Below are positions 8,933-17,860 of a DNA stretch of 64,000 bases, piece after piece (position 1 is the first letter of the stretch; each line of letters opens with the position of its first letter). The DNA comes from Actinomycetales bacterium (lineage in GTDB: Bacteria; Actinomycetota; Actinomycetes; Actinomycetales; CAVURS01): assembly GCA_045807245.1 (NCBI GenBank), contig JBJMHS010000016.1, forward strand, positions 41,952 through 105,951. The letters are read 5' to 3'. Under the pieces are notes generated by a model. The model was not told where the DNA came from and did no database searches. It saw nothing but the letters and a program-made list of their open reading frames with translations. The translations under genes were made by a program, and so were the position numbers.

Positions 8933-9705
8933 CGTGCGCCCCGCGGGCCTGTCTCGTCGAGCAGCTGCTCGACCCGACGCGGCGCACCGGTCGTGTCGAC
9001 CACGACGCCGTCGCGCAGGAAGACCACGCGGTCGGCCCAGGCCGCATGCCGCGCCTCGTGGGTCACCAGCAGACCGGCCGCTCCGGCGTCCACCCGGGCG
9101 CGCAACACCCGAAGCACGGCCTCGCCCGTCTCGGAGTCCAGCGCGCCGGTGGGCTCGTCGGCGAGGACGAGGCGGCGCGGCCCGACCAGGGCCCGGGCAA
9201 TGGCCACGCGTTGCTGCTGGCCCCCCGACATCTCGTCCGGGAACCGGTCGGCCAGCTCGGACAGGTCGACCTCCGCGAGCGACTCGATCGCGTGTCGGCG
9301 GGCGGCCCCTTGACGCTCGCCGTCCAGCTCGAGTGGCAGCATCACGTTCTCGACGGCCGTGAGAGCAGGGACGAGGTTCAGGTCCTGGAAGACGTAGCCC
9401 AGGCTCCGGCGGCGCAGCTGCGACAGCTGGGCCGGCGACAGGCCGGACAGCGCCGTGCCGTCGACGTACACCTCGCCCGAGGTCGGCGTGTCCAGGCCGC
9501 CGGCCAGCGTCAGCAGCGTGGACTTGCCCGAGCCGGACGGGCCCATGACGGCGACCAGCTCACCGGGGTACACCTGCAGGCTCACGCCGTTGAGCGCGCG
9601 CACCTCGGTGGCGCCGTGACCGTGGACGCGCGAGGCGACGACGAGCTCCAGGATCGCGCCGGTCCGGTTCGGCGCGTTGACCTCGGCGGTCTCGAGAGCG
9701 GTCAT
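8929..9705 (-). CDS. ABC transporter ATP-binding protein (MacB/LolD-like)
   Basis: Walker A GPSGSGKST, signature MSGGQQQRVAIARAL and Walker B LVLADEPTGALD. ATGA overlap with the padR stop. Confidence 0.9.
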   Translation of the reverse strand: MTALETAEVNAPNRTGAILELVVASRVHGHGATEVRALNGVSLQVYPGELVAVMGPSGSGKSTLLTLAGGLDTPTSGEVYVDGTALSGLSPAQLSQLRRRSLGYVFQDLNLVPALTAVENVMLPLELDGERQGAARRHAIESLAEVDLSELADRFPDEMSGGQQQRVAIARALVGPRRLVLADEPTGALDSETGEAVLRVLRARVDAGAAGLLVTHEARHAAWADRVVFLRDGVVVDTTGAPRRVEQLLDETGPRGAR

Positions 9706-10310
9706 CGGCCGGCCTCACGCAGTGCGTCGCCCGCCGCGTCGAGCGCCGGCTCACCGGTCTCGAACGGTTCGGGGCTGACCTGCGCGACCAGGCCCCGGTC
9801 GCGCACCAGGCGCGCTTCGACGTGGTCGAGCCAGCGCACCTCGGCCTCGGCCGCGAAGACCAGGTTGTCGAGCACGAGCAGCCAGGCCAGGTCCTTACGG
9901 TCGTCCGCCTGCTGCTTGAGCCGGGTCAGGTCCTGCAGCTGCCGCAGGGTCTGCGTGCGCTGGGCCTGCACGACCCCCGCGACGTCGATCCCCGGCACCG
10001 TCACGGCGAGCGCGAGCTTGATCACCAGCTCGTCGCGGGGCGCCTCGGCCCGGTCGACCGGTGTCGTCCACCAGCGTGCGGACTCGGCGCGGCCCTGGTC
10101 GGTGAGGCGGTAGGCGATCCGTCCCTCCTCGTCCGGAGCGCCCACCGCCTCCACCAGGCCGTCGCGCTCCAGCCGCGTCAGGGTCTGGTAGACCTGCCCG
10201 ACGTTGAGCGGCCAGGTCCCTCCGGTCCGCCGCTCGAACTGGCTGCGCAGCTGCGCGCCGTACATCGGCCGTTCGTCCAACAGCGCGAGAAGCGCCTGCC
10301 TCACCGACAT
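9702..10310 (-). CDS. PadR family transcriptional regulator
   Basis: N-terminal winged helix ALLALLDERPMYGAQLRSQFERRTGGTWPLNVGQVYQTLTRLERDGLV. It is the first gene of the ABC operon. Confidence 0.9.
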   Translation of the reverse strand: MSVRQALLALLDERPMYGAQLRSQFERRTGGTWPLNVGQVYQTLTRLERDGLVEAVGAPDEEGRIAYRLTDQGRAESARWWTTPVDRAEAPRDELVIKLALAVTVPGIDVAGVVQAQRTQTLRQLQDLTRLKQQADDRKDLAWLLVLDNLVFAAEAEVRWLDHVEARLVRDRGLVAQVSPEPFETGEPALDAAGDALREAGR

Positions 10311-10324
10311 TCCCTCGGCCCCCT

Positions 10325-10369
10325 AGATACTCGGTATTGAGCCTGGCAAGAGATGTATACCGAGTATCT
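10325..10369. promoter_or_regulatory. AT-rich 13-bp perfect inverted repeat upstream of padR (candidate PadR operator; alternatively the terminator of the upstream gene)
   Basis: AGATACTCGGTAT (10325-10337) and ATACCGAGTATCT (10357-10369), 15 nt upstream of the padR ATG. Confidence 0.5.
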
Positions 10370-10417
10370 CCCCAGGCCGTCAAGACGTGTGGTCCGTCGG
10401 CCGCAGGTTACTGCCGC

Positions 10418-11395
10418 TCAGGTCACCAGGAGCAGCTTTCCGACGTGGGTGCTCGCCTCCATCACCCGGTGCGCGTCGGCAGCATCGACCATCGGGTACG
10501 TCGCGTGGATCACCGGGTGGACGGCGCCCGATTCGAGCAGGGGCCAGACATGCTCGATCGTGCTGCGCACGATCACCGCCTTCTCCTGCGGCGGTCGGGA
10601 GCGCAACAGGGCCGCGATGACGGCCACCCGCTTGCGAGCCATGGCCCAGAGGTCGATCTCCGCCTTGGTGCCGCCCTGGAAGCCGATGACGACCAGTCGC
10701 CCGTTGCGGGCCAGCACGGCGACATTACGGGCGAGGTACTCGGCCCCCATGTTGTCCAGGACCACGTCGGCGCCGGCCCCGTCGGTCTCCGCCTGGACGG
10801 CCTCGACGAAGTCCTGCTCCTTGTAGTTGACCAGGATGTCCGCCCCCAGGGCCCGGCAGGCCTCGAGCTTGGCGGTCGACCCGGCGGTCACCGCGACCCG
10901 GGCGCCGAGCTCGCGGGCGAGCTGGACAGCCATTGTCCCGACCCCGCTGGAGCCGCCGTGGACCAGCAGCACCTCACCGCGCTGCAGTCCGGCGGCCATG
11001 AACACGTTCGCCCAAACGGTGCATGTCACCTCCGGCAGGGCGGCCGCCTCCACCAGTCCGATGCCCGGGGGGACCGGCATGAGCTGGCCGGTCGGCACGG
11101 CGACCCGCTCGGCGTACGCGCCACCGGTGACGAGCGCGCACACCTCGTCGCCGACCGACCACGTCTCGACGTCCCGGCCCAGCGCCGAGATGCGGCCGGA
11201 GCACTCCATGCCCGGGTACGGCGAGGTGCCAGGGGGCGGGTCGTAGCGACCCTCGCGCTGGGCGGTGTCGGCCTTGTTGACGCCGGCGGCCACCACGTCG
11301 ACGACGACCTCGTCCGGCGCCGGCTCCGGGTCCGGCACCTCGGCCAGGACCAGGGCATCGGGACCACCGGGGACGGGAATCGTGACGGCGCGCAT
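10418..11395 (-). CDS. qor: NAD(P)H:quinone oxidoreductase (zeta-crystallin/MDR family)
   Basis: MDR fold with the cofactor motif VLLVHGGSSGVGTMAVQLAR. Confidence 0.85.
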   Translation of the reverse strand: MRAVTIPVPGGPDALVLAEVPDPEPAPDEVVVDVVAAGVNKADTAQREGRYDPPPGTSPYPGMECSGRISALGRDVETWSVGDEVCALVTGGAYAERVAVPTGQLMPVPPGIGLVEAAALPEVTCTVWANVFMAAGLQRGEVLLVHGGSSGVGTMAVQLARELGARVAVTAGSTAKLEACRALGADILVNYKEQDFVEAVQAETDGAGADVVLDNMGAEYLARNVAVLARNGRLVVIGFQGGTKAEIDLWAMARKRVAVIAALLRSRPPQEKAVIVRSTIEHVWPLLESGAVHPVIHATYPMVDAADAHRVMEASTHVGKLLLVT

Positions 11396-11404
11396 GCTGC
11401 GACC

Positions 11405-12019
11405 CTAGGCGTCGTCAGTGGGCCTAGCGCCCAGCGCCGCCCGCGCTCGCGCCAGTGACGCTGGGTCGTCGACGTCCAGGGTGACGCTGTCGGGCAGGGC
11501 GAGCCGGTGCACCCGCATCCGGTCGAGCAGCCAGGCCATGGCGTGGCCGGCGACGGCCCGAGCGAGCGGCTCGAGCGCGGCCCGGACCGCGCCCGACCGA
11601 TAGGCCGCCAGCAGCGGCTGGTCGCGGCCGCCACGGTCGACGCCGAGGACGGCATCCGTGTCAGCGGCAGCGACGGCGGCCGCGAGCAGGAGGGGCACAC
11701 CGTCCGCCGCGAACGGCTGGTCACCGGCCAGCAGGACGAGCCAGTCCGGCGCCGGACCCGGGAGGGCGGCGAGGCCGGCTGCGAGGGCCGCCAGCGGACC
11801 GCCGCCGGGCGGCTGCTCGCGAGCCCATGTCACCGAACGCTCAAGTGGACGCTCCGGACCGACGACGACAACAGGGACGACCGGGTCCAGACCGCTCACG
11901 AGGTGGTCGAGCACCGATCGTCCGGCGCCGAGGTCCAGCGCTGTCTTGTCGCCGCCACCCATGCGGCGTGACGTGCCGCCGGCGAGAACGACGACGGCGT
12001 ACGACGCGGGCTCGGACAC
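11405..12019 (-). CDS. MobA-like NTP transferase (molybdenum cofactor guanylyltransferase-like)
   Basis: N-terminal VVVLAGGTSRRMGGGDK. GTG at 12019 is preferred, with ATG at 12124 as the alternative. Confidence 0.65.
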   Translation of the reverse strand: MSEPASYAVVVLAGGTSRRMGGGDKTALDLGAGRSVLDHLVSGLDPVVPVVVVGPERPLERSVTWAREQPPGGGPLAALAAGLAALPGPAPDWLVLLAGDQPFAADGVPLLLAAAVAAADTDAVLGVDRGGRDQPLLAAYRSGAVRAALEPLARAVAGHAMAWLLDRMRVHRLALPDSVTLDVDDPASLARARAALGARPTDDA

Positions 12020-12195
12020 CCCGTGAGTATCACCCGCGACGGCCCCAGCCAGTGCCTCTCGGAGCAAGCTCCGAGTGCGCAGGCCAGCCGCCGCGCCGCT
12101 GTTGCGCCACAAGAGTGACAGCACCCCCCGGAAGGGTTAATCAGTCGACCGGCGAGGCCGAAGCAGAGGTCGTCGCTGGACATGAGGGGACAAAA

Positions 12196-15100
12196 ATGCT
12201 GCGCAACCTCGGCATCAGGTCGAAGCTGTTGGCTGTCCTTGCTGTGCCCATGCTGGTGCTGGTCATCGGTGCCGCCGTGGTCTCGCTGCAAGCACTCAAC
12301 GCCGCCAAGGATGCCCGTCAGGTGCGTGACATCTCGGACGGTGCGCGTAGCTTCTCCGCCCTGGTGTCGGCCCTGCAGGCCGAGCGCCGCGTGTCCCAGG
12401 CGAGGCTGTCCGGTGACTACACCCTGGGCGGCGAGCTCAAGACGATCCGCAAGCAGACGGACAACGCCGCCAAGAGCACGGACGAGCTGACCGCGCGGAT
12501 CGGGCTGGCCAAGCTCTCCAACGAGGCCGCCAAGGCCCTCGCGAGCAACATGCAGGCACGCGCCAAGCTGGCCGCCGTACGCCGCCAGGTCGACAAGGGC
12601 ACCATCAGTCCCGCGGGTGTCGCGGCCGTCTACAACGCCGCCATCGCCGAGGAGATCCAGATCCCGGCCCGCATCTCCGCCTCGCTGTCCGACCGCACGC
12701 TGGCCGGCCAGCTGCGTTCCTACTCTGAGCTCGAGCTCGCCGCCGAGCTCGCGACGCAGGAGCGCGACCTCGGTCGCCAGGTGCTCAACGACTCCGGCGC
12801 CGTCGCGCAGTACACGGCAGCCGTCGCCCGGGAGAACGACGCCGTCCAGGCCTACTGGTACGACGCGTCGATCGGCCAGCGGGCACAGATGACCAGGGCC
12901 ATGGACACCGGCGCCGTCAGCAAGCAGTTCGCCGCCGCGCGGGCCAGCCTGCTCAGCGTCGCCAACGGCAAGCAGCCCACGATCGAGGACCAGAGCTGGG
13001 TCTACCTCGCGAACCACCACCTGAGCTCGCTGCAGACGCTCGCCTCGGACGTGGCCGCCACGGCCGCCGTGTCGGCGCAGAGCAGTGCGACCGCTGCGAC
13101 CAACCGCTCCTGGCAGATCCTGGGCCTGGCCCTGCTCGTGCTGCTGCTACCGATCCTGCTCGCCCTGGTCGTGGCCCGGGCCATCACCCGGCCGCTGCGC
13201 AGCCTGACCGACGCCGCCGGCCAGGTCCGGGACGAGCTGCCCCGGCTGGCCGAGACCATGGCGACCCCCGGCGAGACGCCGGACGGCGACCTGGTCCGCA
13301 TCCCGGTGACCTCACAGGATGAGGTCGGCAAGCTGGCCGCCGCGTTCAACGACGTGAACCAGACCACGATGAAGATCGCCCGCGAGCAGGCCGCCCTGCG
13401 CGGCTCGATCGCGGAGATGTTCGTCAACGTCGCACGGCGCAACCACGTCCTGCTCAGCCGTCAGCTGTCGTTCATCGACCAGCTGGAGCGGACCGAGGAG
13501 GACCCGGACACCCTCGACAACCTGTTCAAGCTCGACCACCTCGCGACCCGCATGCGGCGGAACGCCGAGTCCCTGATCGTCCTGGCCGGCATCGACTCCG
13601 GCCGTCGCGTGCGTCAGCCGATGCCGCTCTCGGACGTCATCCGGACCGCGATCTCCGAGATCGAGAAGTACGAGCGGGTCGACATGGCACTGCGCGCAGA
13701 CCCGCCGGTCGTGGGCCACGTCGCCCTGACGACCGCGCACCTCATGGCCGAGCTCCTGGAGAACGCCACCCAGTTCTCCAACCCGGACACGCGCGTGTTC
13801 GTCGTCACCTCGTACAGCCGGCGTGGCGTGCGGGTGAAGATCACCGACGCCGGCCTGGGCATGACGTACGACGAGATCACCGACGCCAACCAGCGGATCG
13901 CGAACCCGCCGGCCACCGACGTGGTCGGCGCCTCGCGCCTCGGGTTCTTCGTGGTCGGTCGCCTGGCCCGCCGTCTGGACGCACGCGTCACCCTGCGGGC
14001 CGCACGGGACCGCGGCACGGTCGTCGTGATCGACCTGCCCGCCGCTCTGTTCGTGCCGGGCACGGTCGCCGAGGTCACCGGGATCGACGACGAGGACGAG
14101 GTCCTGAACGAGAACGACCCCCAGGCGAGCGCCGACGGTGGCGCGGCGGCGAACCGGTCGCTTCCCTCGCGGGCCACCGCCAACCCGCACGCTCCACGGG
14201 TACCTGCGTCGTCCGAGCCCTTGACCCCGGCCCAGCCCGCGCTCGCCACGCCGTTCCCCTACGACTTCGGCGCTCCGGCCGACGGCGGCCCAGGGCTGCC
14301 GGCGGTCGCCCCGGTCGGTGGCCTGCCGCAGCGCGCTCGCGGTGGCCTGCCCCAGCGCGGCCCGGACGGCGGTCTCGGCGGCGGCAGCGCGGCTGCCCCC
14401 CAACGAGGTACGGCGACGTCCCTCCCGCGGCGCGCACGCAGCGAGGCGTCGGCACGCGCGACCACCAGCGCTGCGGTCCAGTCCGAGCCAGTGGCCATGC
14501 CCGCCGCCCTGCAGGCGCCTGCCGCGGCCGTCGCCGAGACGGCCGAGACGGCTCCTCCCGTCAAGAAGGCCGGCTTGTTCTCCGGCTTCCGCTCGCGCTC
14601 CTCGTCCCCTGAGCCGACGCCGGTGTCCGAGCCGGCTCCCGGGCCGGAGGTGCCCGAGGTCACCGACGTTCTTGAGGTCGTTGAGGTCGTTGAGGTCGTT
14701 GAGGTCGTTGAGGTCGTTGAGGCCGTCGAGGCCGTCGAGGCCGTCGAGGCCGAAAGCGATCTCGCTGGCCCGCCGGCCGCGCCAGTCGCTGCTCCCGCCG
14801 AGACGGAGGCTGCGGTCGACGCCGTGCCCGACGCCGTGCCCGACGCCGTCGCCGACGCCGAGGCTGCGGTGGAGGCCGACGTCGACGCCGACGCCGAGAT
14901 CGAGGCTGCTGCAGAGGCAGAGGTCCAGCCGGTCGCGGTGCCGCTCCTGGCTGCATCGCTGGCCGTGTCCCTTGCCCTCACGGCGGCCGAGGAGGCTGAC
15001 GAACAGGCTGCGCAGGACGAGGCCGGCGAGCCGGTCGCGGTCGAGGTTGCCCCGCCGGATCTTGCCGAGCCCGAGGCCGTCGAGATGCCGGAGGCGATGG

Positions 15101-16800
15101 GCTCCGACAGCACGTTCGGACCGGTCATGGAGCCGGTCGGGGACGAGGTCCACGAGGAGGTTAACGAGGAGGTCCACGAGCAGGTTGTGCAGCCTCTTGT
15201 TGTCGGGAAGCTGTTCAACCCGGCCAGCCTGCTCGATGGCGACGACGACGCACTGCTGACCCTCATCGACGGTGTCCAGACGGCGAATGACGTTGCGCCG
15301 CTGGACGTTTCAACACCGGTCGCTGACGCCGACGACTCTGACGCAGCCGACGCAGCTGACGCAGCTGACGCAGCCAACGCAACCGATGTGGACCCCGCGG
15401 CGGAGCCGACCGCACAGCGCCGCTTCTTCCCGCTGCAGCGCCGCCAGCCGCAGCGCGAGGACGTGGCCGAGCCGGTTGTTGAGGATGTGGCGGAGCCGGT
15501 TGTTGAGGACCTGGCGGAGCCGGTTGTTGAGGACGTGGCTGAGCCGGTCGTTGAGGACGTGGCTGAGCCGGTTGTTGAGGAAGTGGCCGAGCCGGTCGCC
15601 GACGGTAGCTCGGAGGCACCTGCCGAGGAGTCGCGCCGGCATCTGGCGCAGCGCGCGAGCCTGTTCCAGCACTTCCCGACCCGCCGCAGCAAGGGCCGGC
15701 ACTACCGGGGCAAGGACGAGCCCGTCGCAGAGCCGGTCGCCGAAGCGCCCGTCGCCGCGCCCGAGCCGGCCCTGGACGCTGAGCCGGTTGCCGTCGTACC
15801 CGAGCCGGTCGCCGAAGCGCCCGAGCCGGCCCTGGACGCTGAGTCGGTTGCCGTCGTACCCGACCCGGTCGCCGAAGCGCCCGAGCCGGCCCTCGACGCT
15901 GAGTCGGTTGCCGTCGTACCCGAGCCGGTCGCCGAAGCGCCCGTCGCCGAGCCGGAGCCGGAGCCGGTCTCGGTCGAGCCCGAGCCCCAGCCCCAGCCCG
16001 AGCCCGAGCCGGTCGTCGAGGCGGCGCCCGTCTTCACGGTCACGCTCGAGCCCGTGCCAGAGCAGCTGCCCCCGCCCACGCCGGCTCCGACCTCGGGAGT
16101 CCTGGACATCCTGCCCGGCGGGGTGACGCCCAAGAACCGTCGGCTGCCCCGCCCGTGGTCGCGCGCCATGAAGCCGGTGGCGCCGCCAGCACCGCGCAGC
16201 AGCACACCGCCGGCCTACGCGCAGGCTCCCGTGCCACCCCCGGTGGTGCCGACCCCGGTGACACCGCCGACGTCGCCGCACGTCGCGCCGGTTCCGGTGG
16301 CTCGCGAGGCGGCCCCGGTCTCGGACGCCCCCCTCTTCGGTGCGATCCCGACGCCGGTCGTCTCGGCCGGGCCGGCCGCGGGACACATGCCCGACTCCTC
16401 GCACTTCGGCGCGCGTCCCGCGGAAGCCGATGCGGCGTTCGCCCGGACGAGCAGCCTGTTCGGTACGCCGCCCCCGCGCACGGAGTCGGCCGCCCCCGCC
16501 GAGTCGGCCGAGGACTACGAGCAGCGAATGCTGCGCGAGCGGTCGGCGATCGCGAGCGAGGCCCTGTCCGAGCTGAGCCGCCTGTCCGGCTACCAGCCCA
16601 AGGCCATGGAGAACCGTGGTCAGGACTCACTCGTCCGCCGTACTCCACAGGCTTCCCCGGGCACGGAGCCCACTCCGGTCAGCGCCGCCGAGGTCCCCCA
16701 CCGCGAACGCAACGCCACCGATGTCCGCTCGATGCTGAGCGGGTTCCGGGCCGGCGTCGAGCGCGGCCGGGCGGACCAGGGCCACGGCTCGGAGGGCTGA
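12196..16800 (+). CDS. cvnA: Conservon component CvnA: membrane sensor-kinase-like protein with NIT-like sensor, HAMP, HATPase_c and a low-complexity tail of about 850-900 aa
   Basis: ATG at 12196 with SD GAGGGGA 6 nt upstream. TM helix, then LVSALQAERRVSQARL (NIT-like), HAMP (ITRPLRSLTDAAGQVRDE) and ATPase motifs (ELLENATQFS, ITDAGLGM). Followed by cvnB, cvnC and cvnD. Confidence 0.85.
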   Translation: MLRNLGIRSKLLAVLAVPMLVLVIGAAVVSLQALNAAKDARQVRDISDGARSFSALVSALQAERRVSQARLSGDYTLGGELKTIRKQTDNAAKSTDELTARIGLAKLSNEAAKALASNMQARAKLAAVRRQVDKGTISPAGVAAVYNAAIAEEIQIPARISASLSDRTLAGQLRSYSELELAAELATQERDLGRQVLNDSGAVAQYTAAVARENDAVQAYWYDASIGQRAQMTRAMDTGAVSKQFAAARASLLSVANGKQPTIEDQSWVYLANHHLSSLQTLASDVAATAAVSAQSSATAATNRSWQILGLALLVLLLPILLALVVARAITRPLRSLTDAAGQVRDELPRLAETMATPGETPDGDLVRIPVTSQDEVGKLAAAFNDVNQTTMKIAREQAALRGSIAEMFVNVARRNHVLLSRQLSFIDQLERTEEDPDTLDNLFKLDHLATRMRRNAESLIVLAGIDSGRRVRQPMPLSDVIRTAISEIEKYERVDMALRADPPVVGHVALTTAHLMAELLENATQFSNPDTRVFVVTSYSRRGVRVKITDAGLGMTYDEITDANQRIANPPATDVVGASRLGFFVVGRLARRLDARVTLRAARDRGTVVVIDLPAALFVPGTVAEVTGIDDEDEVLNENDPQASADGGAAANRSLPSRATANPHAPRVPASSEPLTPAQPALATPFPYDFGAPADGGPGLPAVAPVGGLPQRARGGLPQRGPDGGLGGGSAAAPQRGTATSLPRRARSEASARATTSAAVQSEPVAMPAALQAPAAAVAETAETAPPVKKAGLFSGFRSRSSSPEPTPVSEPAPGPEVPEVTDVLEVVEVVEVVEVVEVVEAVEAVEAVEAESDLAGPPAAPVAAPAETEAAVDAVPDAVPDAVADAEAAVEADVDADAEIEAAAEAEVQPVAVPLLAASLAVSLALTAAEEADEQAAQDEAGEPVAVEVAPPDLAEPEAVEMPEAMGSDSTFGPVMEPVGDEVHEEVNEEVHEQVVQPLVVGKLFNPASLLDGDDDALLTLIDGVQTANDVAPLDVSTPVADADDSDAADAADAADAANATDVDPAAEPTAQRRFFPLQRRQPQREDVAEPVVEDVAEPVVEDLAEPVVEDVAEPVVEDVAEPVVEEVAEPVADGSSEAPAEESRRHLAQRASLFQHFPTRRSKGRHYRGKDEPVAEPVAEAPVAAPEPALDAEPVAVVPEPVAEAPEPALDAESVAVVPDPVAEAPEPALDAESVAVVPEPVAEAPVAEPEPEPVSVEPEPQPQPEPEPVVEAAPVFTVTLEPVPEQLPPPTPAPTSGVLDILPGGVTPKNRRLPRPWSRAMKPVAPPAPRSSTPPAYAQAPVPPPVVPTPVTPPTSPHVAPVPVAREAAPVSDAPLFGAIPTPVVSAGPAAGHMPDSSHFGARPAEADAAFARTSSLFGTPPPRTESAAPAESAEDYEQRMLRERSAIASEALSELSRLSGYQPKAMENRGQDSLVRRTPQASPGTEPTPVSAAEVPHRERNATDVRSMLSGFRAGVERGRADQGHGSEG
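14674..14751 (+). repeat. 9-bp tandem repeat (GAGGTCGTT then GAGGCCGTC), about 9 units, coding EVV/EAV
   Basis: Read directly in the sequence, inside the cvnA tail. Confidence 0.85.
15457..15600 (+). repeat. 24-bp tandem repeat x6 coding EDVAEPVV
   Basis: Read directly in the sequence. Units differ only at a few mostly synonymous positions. Confidence 0.85.
15730..15945 (+). repeat. 60-bp tandem repeat, about 3.6 units, coding EPVAEAPEPALDAE(S/P)VAVVP
   Basis: The period matches the 60-nt line length, and units at 15781, 15841 and 15901 are nearly identical. Confidence 0.85.
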
Positions 16801-16809
16801 GACGTGGTC

Positions 16810-16839
16810 GGCGGGCCTCATCCCCCGAGGGGGCCCGCC
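16810..16839 (+). terminator. GC hairpin 10 nt after the cvnA stop (no U-tract)
   Basis: GGCGGGCC ... GGCCCGCC with an inner CCC/GGG pairing. It sits in the 197-nt cvnA-cvnB spacer. Confidence 0.3.
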
Positions 16840-16997
16840 GGCCATCACCCAGCCACTGGACGCCGACGGACCATCCCTGAACCCCTGATCCCCCGCACGG
16901 CCTAGCCCGCAAGCACCAGAAACACCCGCCGGCACTCAAGCCGGACGCCCGAGCCACCGACATAACGAGAAGCCCGACCACCCGGAGGAAGACCACC

Positions 16998-17456
16998 GTG
17001 AACACGACCACGATGAGCACAGAGGCAGCGAACTTCAGCTGGCTGCTCGACAACTTCGTGAAGAGCGTGCCCGGAGTGCAGCACACCCTCGTGGTGTCTG
17101 CCGACGGTCTGCTGATGGCGATGTCCGACGATCTCGACCGCACTGGCGGCGACCAGATGGCGGCGATCGTCTCCGGCATGTCCAGCCTGACCCGCGGCGC
17201 GGCTCGTCAGCTGCGCGCCGGCGAGGTCCGGCAGGCCATCGTCGAGATGGACACCATCTTCCTGTTCTCCATGTCGGTCAACGACGGCTCGGTCCTCGCG
17301 GTCGTCGCCGACTCGCAGTGCGACGTGGGCCTCATCGGCTACGAGATGGCCCTGCTGGTCAGCCGCACCGAAGCGACGTTGACGCCGCAGCTGATCAGCG
17401 AGATGCGCGCCCGGCTCCCCATCGGGGGCCCGGTGCGTGCTTGGCAGGTCGGCTGA
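16998..17456 (+). CDS. cvnB: Conservon component CvnB, roadblock/LC7 (MglB-like) domain protein
   Basis: GTG at 16998 with SD GGAGGA 8 nt upstream. Roadblock-like core LVVSADGLLMA...AIVSGMSSL. Confidence 0.9.
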   Translation: MNTTTMSTEAANFSWLLDNFVKSVPGVQHTLVVSADGLLMAMSDDLDRTGGDQMAAIVSGMSSLTRGAARQLRAGEVRQAIVEMDTIFLFSMSVNDGSVLAVVADSQCDVGLIGYEMALLVSRTEATLTPQLISEMRARLPIGGPVRAWQVG

Positions 17457-17461
17457 GTCCG

Positions 17462-17860
17462 ATGGCGGACAAGCCGATCGTCCGCAGTGGGGGAGCGGAC
17501 CCCGACGAGACCGAGGTCGAGGAGACCTATGCGGTACGGCCGTACGCCGTCACCGGCGGGCGCACGCGACCGAGCTCGTCCGACCTGCCGATCGAGGCGC
17601 TCGTGCAGTCCCTGCGCGCGCCCGCGCCCGGCATGACGGCAGAGACCGCCAAGATCCTCGACCTGACCGGCACCGAGTTCCTGTCCATCGCCGAGCTTTC
17701 GGCGCACGTCAAACTCCCCGTCGGGGTCGTTCGCGTCATCGTGAGCGACCTGGCCGACGAGGGAAAGGTCCGTATCCACGGCATCGCCAACGGTCAGAAC
17801 GGCCTGGCGACCAGCCTCAGCGTTCTGGAGAGTGTGCTCAATGGCATTTCCTCGCTCTGA
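17462..17860 (+). CDS. cvnC: Conservon component CvnC (DUF742)
   Basis: ATG 5 nt after the cvnB stop. VRPYAVTGGRTRP motif and a C-terminal winged-helix-like LSIAELSAHVKLPVGVVRVIVSDLADEG. Confidence 0.9.
   Translation: MADKPIVRSGGADPDETEVEETYAVRPYAVTGGRTRPSSSDLPIEALVQSLRAPAPGMTAETAKILDLTGTEFLSIAELSAHVKLPVGVVRVIVSDLADEGKVRIHGIANGQNGLATSLSVLESVLNGISSL

Noticed and set aside
11827-12195. Upstream 123 codons of the 1,657-aa ORF containing cvnA.
   Set aside because: This stretch is Arg/Pro-rich, antisense to the MobA-like gene, and lacks an SD. ATG 12196 has a GAGGGGA SD and is followed at once by the TM helix typical of CvnA.
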